DNA from: Acidobacteriota bacterium
GTDB taxonomy: Bacteria; Acidobacteriota; B3-B38; Guanabaribacteriales; JAGGZT01
Direction of reading: 5' to 3'
Assembly: GCA_021161905.1 (NCBI GenBank)
Contig: JAGGZT010000060.1
Coordinates: forward strand, 776-64,775
DNA: 64,000 nt
The position numbers and the translations under genes are program-made. The notes under the pieces are model-generated. The model saw nothing but the letters and a program-made list of their open reading frames with translations. It did no database searches and was not told where the DNA came from. Shown here piece by piece: positions 58,011-64,000 of the stretch; positions within the stretch are counted from its first letter, which is position 1, and each line of letters begins with the position of its first letter.

Positions 58011-58744
58011 CAGTATTCCACCTTTACCAAAAAAAGACCTTGTGGAGGGGCAAGTTTTCTTGCTTGGTCCCTATCTTTTTCTTCGATAATCTCCATTATT
58101 TCACTTGGCTCCCTCTTCCCCAACCCCACCTCTATGAGCAGGCCAACCATCCGCCGTACCATATATTTGAGGAAACTTTCCGCCCGCACCTTGAATATGA
58201 TGAACTCATCTTCCTCGACAATCTCAAAGGAAAATATCCGTCTAATGGGATTTCTCTCCCGAGCATCCCCTACTTGAAAAGCGGTAAAGTCCTTCTCTCC
58301 GATGAAATGTTTCCCTCCTTCTCTCATTGCCTCAATATCGAGCGGTGCATTCACCTGCCAGACATAGCGGTAATGAAAGGGGGATACCACTTCTCCCCCG
58401 TATACCCGGTAGTGATATTCCTTTGCCTTTGCTGAGAAGCGAGAATGAAAGTCAGGGGGAACAAGCTCAATATTGAGGATGCGGATGTCTGGGGGGAGGA
58501 GGCTGTTCAGAGCCCTTTTAAGAGAAGTTTCATCTATCTGTTTATTTGTTCTGAAGTTGGCTACCTGCCCTAAAGCATGAACCCCAGCATCGGTTCTCCC
58601 AGCGCCAATGAGAGAGATCTTCTCGCCGGTAATGGTATAAAGTGCTTTTTCTATCGTTCCCTGAATAGTAGGTAGATTTGGTTGAACCTGCCAGCCGTAA
58701 TAATTTGTTCCTTCGTAAGCAATAGTGGCTTTCAGATTCCTCAA
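58010..58744 (-). CDS. truA: tRNA pseudouridine(38-40) synthase TruA.
   Basis: YEGTNYYGWQVQP...GAGRTDAGVHA catalytic Asp motif. Confidence 0.9.
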   Translation of the reverse strand: MRNLKATIAYEGTNYYGWQVQPNLPTIQGTIEKALYTITGEKISLIGAGRTDAGVHALGQVANFRTNKQIDETSLKRALNSLLPPDIRILNIELVPPDFHSRFSAKAKEYHYRVYGGEVVSPFHYRYVWQVNAPLDIEAMREGGKHFIGEKDFTAFQVGDARERNPIRRIFSFEIVEEDEFIIFKVRAESFLKYMVRRMVGLLIEVGLGKREPSEIMEIIEEKDRDQARKLAPPQGLFLVKVEY

Positions 58745-58859
58745 TTTATTCCTCTTTTTCCGGGCAAATTATAGAGGGAAAGAGGGGGCAAAGTCAAGGT
58801 GATTGGGAGGGCGATGAGGCTTTGACAAATCTGCTTGGTCCTCGGCATAATAGTAAGGG

Positions 58860-59738
58860 ATGGATCAGAACAAGATATCGATAATCGGAGCAGGGAAGAC
58901 GGGTTCTTCCTTAGGTCACTGGCTTAAGAATGCTGGCTTCAAAATTGGGGGTGTTATTACAACGAGCCTCCACTCCGCTAAACGGGCGGTTTCCTTTATT
59001 GGGGAAGGGATCCCCTCTGTTGAGCCTTTGGAGGCGATAGGCGATGCAGGAATAATCATCATCGGTACCCCGGATCGGGTTATCTCCTCGATCGCTTCCT
59101 CCTTAGCTCAGGGAGATATAGAATGGAAAGGGCGGTTCATCTTTCATCTGAGCGGCGCCACTTCTTTCCTCGTTCTTTCTCCCCTCGCCGAGAAAGGAGC
59201 GGTAGTGGGTTCCCTTCATCCTCTGTTGAGTTTCGCTAAGCCTTTGGAGACATTCGCCCAGTTCGGAGGTTGCTTTTTTGCCTTAGCTGGAGCCCCTGAA
59301 GCAGTGGAGAAGGGTAAGTTGTTGGTAGAGAAGATGGGGGGTAAATTCCTCTTGATCCCCGAAGAGGCAAAACCGCTTTATCACTCAGCTGCTTCTATAG
59401 CGAGCAACTTCCTCGTGGTTCTTATAAATATCAGTCTCGCTCTTTTCCAGTCGTGTGGAATAAAGAAAGAGGAGGGAGAGCGAGCATTGCTCCCCCTCCT
59501 TCGCTCCACATTAGCTAATGTGGAAGGGGTGGGAGCGGTGGGAGCCTTGACAGGTCCCATCGTTAGGGGAGATGAGAGAACAGTTGAGTCGCATCTCAAA
59601 GCGATAAAGGATCACCATCCTGAATTTATCCCTCTCTATCGGGAGGCTGCCTCTTTTGCCCTTTCCCTTTCTTATCAAAACCGCCTTCTCGATCATAGTA
59701 GTTATTGTTCTCTTCTCTCGCTTCTTAAAGAACTTTAG
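58860..59738 (+). CDS. Rossmann-fold NAD(P)-binding protein, DUF2520/ProC-like.
   Basis: ISIIGAGKTGSSLG dinucleotide-binding motif; C-terminal DUF2520-like helical domain. Confidence 0.55.
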   Translation: MDQNKISIIGAGKTGSSLGHWLKNAGFKIGGVITTSLHSAKRAVSFIGEGIPSVEPLEAIGDAGIIIIGTPDRVISSIASSLAQGDIEWKGRFIFHLSGATSFLVLSPLAEKGAVVGSLHPLLSFAKPLETFAQFGGCFFALAGAPEAVEKGKLLVEKMGGKFLLIPEEAKPLYHSAASIASNFLVVLINISLALFQSCGIKKEEGERALLPLLRSTLANVEGVGAVGALTGPIVRGDERTVESHLKAIKDHHPEFIPLYREAASFALSLSYQNRLLDHSSYCSLLSLLKEL

Positions 59739-59739
59739 G

Positions 59740-61677
59740 CTACTTTTTCTTCTTAGCCGTTGTTCTCGGTGCTGAGTGAGATACACTTCTTGGCGTCCTG
59801 AAGGAGGGATGGTATGTTCTTTTAGGCATCTTGAACGTCGGTGCTCTACCTGCCGAGCGAGATTTGGGGGTGGAGAAGGAAGGGGGACGAGTATGACCTA
59901 TCAGGCTTTTTATTACCTTAGAGGAGCTTGATGAAGAGCCTCCGGGAAGATAGATTCTGCTCCTCCTTTTTGAAGAGTTGATGATTGAACGCCTGGAGGT
60001 GGTCGAGTAGTAAGGTGTCCTTTTTTCTGTCTTTCTAATCACTGGTTTCGCCTTGGTGTAGGAGCGGGAATAGCGGGAGGAGTAAGATGTGGATGGTGTC
60101 ACATATCTCCGTGTCTTATCCATAGCCCGGTAATAGCGATAGAGGGGTGAAGAAGATGAAGAGAAGGAGGGAGGACGAGACTTTTCCTTCTTTTTAGGGA
60201 CCGCTTTCTTTGGAGTGGTAGAGCTTTTGGTACCAACTGGCGGTTTTATTGAGAAGGGTTTGGTTTTTACTGCTGGAGTCTTTACCTTCCTTCCCCTTTC
60301 CGCCCGGGGGATGTAGATCCTCTCCCCTCCTTTTCGAGAGGAAGGATAACTCTTCTTTCCCAATTCAGGGAATTTCGTTTTAGCTTTGTTCGCCGGATAG
60401 CTTCTGATCGGATTCTGATATTGGGGTTGCCGTTCTACAAGTCTTCTTGAGAGTGCCTTGATCGGTTTTGCTTTAGCTAAAGGTGAGTTCTTAGGTATTG
60501 CTCGGTTAACTGGCAGACGCAAGCTATTGTCAAATGGACGGTAGAACTGGACCTTGTTTACCCTTATTTTCTTTATCTGGCTGGGTGAGAACTTTACCTT
60601 TCTTATATCCCTTGCCGTGATGGCGGTTCGAGGTACAAAGACCCAGTTTTTGGGATCGAAGTTGTTATAAATGAAGAAGTTGTATTTTCGGTAGGGAACA
60701 GGTGCCCAACCGATGTACCCAGGACCAACTGCCCAATAAACCCAAGCAGGGCTCCAGTAGACATCGGGTATCCAATACCAGCCGAATATCGGATCCCACT
60801 CCCAGTACCCATAATGGTAGGGAGCCCAACCCCAAGGTTCGTAGGAGATCCAAACCCAACCGCAAGGATACCATCGCCAATAGCCGTAGTAATAGGGCCT
60901 CCAACCGACGCTTACATTAGGTATCCAAATCCAGGTGCTATAGACTGGGTGGAAACGCCAACTGCCGTAGAAATCGAGCTCTGCAATATGATAGACTACC
61001 GTACCGCTTAAATAACGATGTTGGGAGAGAGAAGCGAATTTCTCCTCGCGGCGATATGTCCAGCGGTCGAAATCATCCATCTCAAAGGAATTGAACGATT
61101 CTGGTTCGGAAGGAGCCATATCGATCGAGGCGTAAACCCTCTCTCCGCTCTTCAACAGGGAGGTTTCGCCACCATTGGTTACCTCAGCCACTCCACGGAG
61201 AGAGCTTACCCGTACCGTCTGGTCGCTAAAGGCATCTATGCGATATTTGCCCTCCGAGAGGAGGGTTACTGTGCAAGCAGGGGTATCTATCTGGAAGTTC
61301 TTTTGATTTATGTCGTTAGCGCGGATGTACATACTCCCCTTCCAAAGCCTGATTATGGTTGATTCCTCAGAGGTTTGAGATGGAGCTGAGATTGCCTGAA
61401 AGTCTATCTTAGTATCCCCATTCAACCATAGGGTGGTCCCATCTTCAAATACCAGCTCAGCGCGTCCTTCCTCTGTCCACATCCTGTCTCCAGCCATAAG
61501 CATTGTGTTTATAATCCCTTCTTCAATACCGGTTTCCGTCATTCGCTGGATGAATACATCGCCTTCTGCGTAGCGGAGACGGACATAGTATTTCCCCTCA
61601 TCAGCAAGGAGGTAGCCAGAGAGAGTGACCACTATAGCGAGAGCTAACATCCATTTAACTACCTTCAATGACCTCAT
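59740..61677 (-). CDS. Secreted FecR-domain protein with a Trp/Tyr-rich repeat region and a long basic Ser/Thr/Pro/Lys/Arg-rich tail.
   Basis: Signal peptide; FecR-like beta domain; about 20 Trp in residues 235-345 (GYWRWYPCGWVWISYEPWGWAPYHYGYWEWDP...); C-terminal 290 aa of low complexity ending KKKK. Confidence 0.6.
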   Translation of the reverse strand: MRSLKVVKWMLALAIVVTLSGYLLADEGKYYVRLRYAEGDVFIQRMTETGIEEGIINTMLMAGDRMWTEEGRAELVFEDGTTLWLNGDTKIDFQAISAPSQTSEESTIIRLWKGSMYIRANDINQKNFQIDTPACTVTLLSEGKYRIDAFSDQTVRVSSLRGVAEVTNGGETSLLKSGERVYASIDMAPSEPESFNSFEMDDFDRWTYRREEKFASLSQHRYLSGTVVYHIAELDFYGSWRFHPVYSTWIWIPNVSVGWRPYYYGYWRWYPCGWVWISYEPWGWAPYHYGYWEWDPIFGWYWIPDVYWSPAWVYWAVGPGYIGWAPVPYRKYNFFIYNNFDPKNWVFVPRTAITARDIRKVKFSPSQIKKIRVNKVQFYRPFDNSLRLPVNRAIPKNSPLAKAKPIKALSRRLVERQPQYQNPIRSYPANKAKTKFPELGKKSYPSSRKGGERIYIPRAERGRKVKTPAVKTKPFSIKPPVGTKSSTTPKKAVPKKKEKSRPPSFSSSSSPLYRYYRAMDKTRRYVTPSTSYSSRYSRSYTKAKPVIRKTEKRTPYYSTTSRRSIINSSKRRSRIYLPGGSSSSSSKVIKSLIGHTRPPSFSTPKSRSAGRAPTFKMPKRTYHPSFRTPRSVSHSAPRTTAKKKK

Positions 61678-61958
61678 AACCCATCACCTCACTTTCTGAG
61701 AGCTCCACTTACTAAAACAAGCAAGATTTATGCCACAATATCGACTATAAAGAAGATACCTCGGTACAGCAACCCTTTAATTTGGTTGACAATGCGGAGG
61801 GCTCTTACTGTGAGGTAATGCCGTTCCCTTGTTGTTCTTAATTTGTTCCTGATTTGTTACACAGGTTGTTTCCTTTTGAGGACAGTTGCTTTCCTTGACT
61901 GAAGTAAGGGAGAGGTGCTAAACTAAAATGAGTTAGGTTCTAAGGTAAGGAGAGGGAA

Positions 61959-62474
61959 ATGGCTATTCGCCCGATATTGAAGTTTGGAGAGCCGGTGCTC
62001 GAGAAGAAGGCAGAGGAGGTTAAGGATATCAATGGGGAGTTGATGAGACTCATTGAGGATATGATAGAGACGATGTACGCTGAACCTGGGGTTGGGCTTG
62101 CGGCGCCGCAAGTGGGTGTTTCTCAACGAGTGATGGTGGTTGACCTTTCCATCGGCAAGGATCCAAATGCTTTGATAAAGCTGATAAATCCGCAGATAGC
62201 GGAGTCCGAAGGTGAAGTGGAGGAAGAGGAAGGATGCCTTAGTTTTCCTGAGGTGAGTTTTCTGATCAAGCGGCCGAAGCGGGTGCTGATAAAAGGAGTA
62301 AATCCGGAAACAGGGAAGGAAGAGGAGATAGAGGGAGAAGATCTCCTTGCCCGCGCTTTCTGTCACGAGGTCGATCATCTAAACGGGACCCTCATAATAG
62401 ACCACATCGGTCCTATAAAACGAAGACTTTGGCTTAAGCGGATAAAGAAGAGGATGAAGGCTGGGGAATGGTGA
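61959..62474 (+). CDS. def: Peptide deformylase.
   Basis: GVGLAAPQ, EGCLS, HEVDHLNG motifs. Confidence 0.9.
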   Translation: MAIRPILKFGEPVLEKKAEEVKDINGELMRLIEDMIETMYAEPGVGLAAPQVGVSQRVMVVDLSIGKDPNALIKLINPQIAESEGEVEEEEGCLSFPEVSFLIKRPKRVLIKGVNPETGKEEEIEGEDLLARAFCHEVDHLNGTLIIDHIGPIKRRLWLKRIKKRMKAGEW

Positions 62475-62480
62475 GGGAGA

Positions 62481-63434
62481 GTGAGGGTGCGATTGATCTT
62501 TATGGGGACACCGGAGTTTTCCCTTCCTTCACTGAGGAGGCTCATTTCAGCTGGCTATAAGATCCCGTTGGTCATCACTCGTCCTGATAAACCTAAAGGA
62601 AGGGGGAAAAAACTCACTCCCCCTCCGGTTAAGGTAGAAGGGAAGAAGATTGGGTTAAAAGTAATTCAGCCAAATAGACTTAAGGATGAAAGTTTCCTCT
62701 CTCTATTGAAGAAGGAGGCTCCTGAGTTAATTGTAGTTGTAGCCTATGGTAAAATCCTCCCCCCCGAGGTTTTCCGCTTTCCCCCTTTAGGCACGGTGAA
62801 TCTTCATCCTTCCCTTCTTCCCAAGTATCGGGGTGCTGCCCCCATCAATTGGGCGATAATAAATGGAGAAAGGGAAACCGGCGTTACCACTATTCTGATG
62901 GATGAGGGGATGGACAGCGGGGATATCCTCCTCTCGCGGAAGGTAACGATTGGCGATGAGGAAACGGCACCAGAGCTTGAACGGAGGCTCGCTGAAGAGG
63001 GGGCAAAGCTTCTTATCTCCACTATTGAAGGCATTAGAAATGGCACTATTACCCCTACCCCCCAAGATCACTCTCAAGCGACCTTTGCTCCTATGCTTAC
63101 TAAGGAGGAGGGTGTTATCGATTGGAGGCTTCCAGCGAGGAACATCGTCAACCGAATACGGGGGCTCCTTCCCTGGCCCACTGCCTATTCCTTCTTTCGA
63201 GGGAGATTAATGAAGTTCCTCAAAGGGAGAGTTTTCCCCCTATCCGTTCCTCTTTCCAAGAGGAAACCTGGGGAGATACTGATAATTGATAGGAGGCTTA
63301 TCGTGGCGGCAGGGGGGGGCGAAGGGGTTGAGGTGTTGAAGTTGAAGCCGGAGGGGAGAAAGGAAATGGACAGTTCTTCCTTTATAAATGGCTATCGTCC
63401 TCGCCCCGGTGAGAGCTTTACGCCCACCCCTTAA
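62481..63434 (+). CDS. fmt: Methionyl-tRNA formyltransferase.
   Basis: IFMGTPEFS start, HPSLLPKYRGAAPI formyltransferase motif, C-terminal domain. Confidence 0.9.
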   Translation: MRVRLIFMGTPEFSLPSLRRLISAGYKIPLVITRPDKPKGRGKKLTPPPVKVEGKKIGLKVIQPNRLKDESFLSLLKKEAPELIVVVAYGKILPPEVFRFPPLGTVNLHPSLLPKYRGAAPINWAIINGERETGVTTILMDEGMDSGDILLSRKVTIGDEETAPELERRLAEEGAKLLISTIEGIRNGTITPTPQDHSQATFAPMLTKEEGVIDWRLPARNIVNRIRGLLPWPTAYSFFRGRLMKFLKGRVFPLSVPLSKRKPGEILIIDRRLIVAAGGGEGVEVLKLKPEGRKEMDSSSFINGYRPRPGESFTPTP

Positions 63435-63455
63435 AAGTCCGCCTCGGCTAAGAAG

Positions 63456-64000
63456 ATGACCTATTCCGTCCCACGAAGGGTTGCATTTGAAGTTCTCCTG
63501 AAGATATACGAACGAAAGGCTTATTCTTCTGTTCTTCTTAATGCCACTTTTGCCAAGAAGAAGCTCTCTTCGAGAGAGAAGAATTTGATCACCGAGTTGG
63601 TCTATGGCACTCTCCGCTGGCAAAACAGGCTTGATTATATCATCTCTCAACTCTCCTCTCGGAAGAAGGAGGATATAGAGTTAAACCTCCTTATCCTCCT
63701 TAGGTTGGGAATCTATCAAGTTTCCTTCTTGACCCATATTCCGGAAAGGGTGGCGGTTAAGGAGACGGTAGAGCTTGCCCGGCTTTGCGGGCACAGGGGG
63801 AAGGTTTCCTTTGTAAATGCTATTCTAAGGGAGTTCTGTCGGAGAGGGGGAGAGATATCTTTACCCGAATTCGAGAGGGCTCCTTTTGATTATCTCGTTT
63901 TTACCCAATCCCACCCGGAGTGGCTGGTGAGGCGTTGGGTGAAGCGTTGGGGGCTTTCCGAAGGGAGAAGGATGATCGAGGCTAATAATGAAGAAGCGCC
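63456..64000 (+). CDS. rsmB: 16S rRNA m5C967 methyltransferase RsmB/Sun, N-terminal NusB-like domain only; the 3' end runs off the window.
   Basis: AFEVLLKI...YSSVLLN...ELVYGTLRWQ NusB-like fold; the def-fmt-rsmB order is common in bacteria. Confidence 0.75.
   Translation, partial: MTYSVPRRVAFEVLLKIYERKAYSSVLLNATFAKKKLSSREKNLITELVYGTLRWQNRLDYIISQLSSRKKEDIELNLLILLRLGIYQVSFLTHIPERVAVKETVELARLCGHRGKVSFVNAILREFCRRGGEISLPEFERAPFDYLVFTQSHPEWLVRRWVKRWGLSEGRRMIEANNEEA

Noticed and set aside
61678-61958. 280-nt non-coding region upstream of def as a possible ncRNA
   Set aside because: I recognise no conserved structure such as 6S, tmRNA, RNase P or SRP. It contains plausible promoter elements (TTGACT-18-TAAACT at about 61884-61913) and is shared by divergent genes. 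That is not enough evidence for an RNA gene.
1-64000. CRISPR arrays, tRNA/rRNA genes, transposases/IS elements, toxin-antitoxin or restriction-type defence genes
   Set aside because: By eye there are no direct-repeat/spacer arrays, no tRNA-like cloverleaf candidates in the short intergenic gaps, and no ORFs with transposase, integrase or nuclease hallmarks. The window looks like core chromosome.

Overview
This 64 kb window looks like contiguous bacterial chromosome from a diderm lineage; it encodes KDO/LPS assembly genes, a secretin and an outer-membrane β-barrel protein. It is about 50% GC with Lys/Glu-rich proteins and frequent AGG/AGA/ATA codons. Coding density is high on both strands, and I found no rRNA, tRNA, CRISPR, transposase or integrase. 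Main blocks, in order: hrcA-grpE-dnaJ (+) converging on a second heat-shock operon dnaK-hsp20-dnaJ2-hspR-sigma-dnaC-like (-); a DUF1844/TPR-zinc-ribbon membrane/DUF4388 operon; mazG-OMP-queG-like; a receiver-DUF4388 protein; YHS-gmhA-DHS-like-coaE-queD; kdsB-pyrG-kdsA-kdsC-lapA-lapB; a CDP-alcohol phosphatidyltransferase plus a large two-motif radical SAM enzyme; an orphan FtsX permease; rel-ridA and rpmB; an HTH-pilMNOPQ operon followed by two lipoproteins, a TPR/acidic protein and a roadblock/LC7 protein; efp-accB-accC; tandem NSS transporters with a tiny ORF between them; ccsA/resB and proS; a Tat-DUF362 gene plus a membrane polyferredoxin interrupted by an in-frame TAA; ispG-rseP-dxr-cdsA-uppS-truA; an unusual FecR/Trp-rich/basic-tail secreted protein; and def-fmt-rsmB. 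Nothing resembles a defence island or mobile element. The items worth a second look are: the HspR-type dnaK operon that also carries a sigma factor and a DnaC-like loader; the DUF4388 modules; the lipid-related radical SAM gene; the accessory genes downstream of the pilus operon; the interrupted polyferredoxin; and the FecR-aromatic-basic protein.
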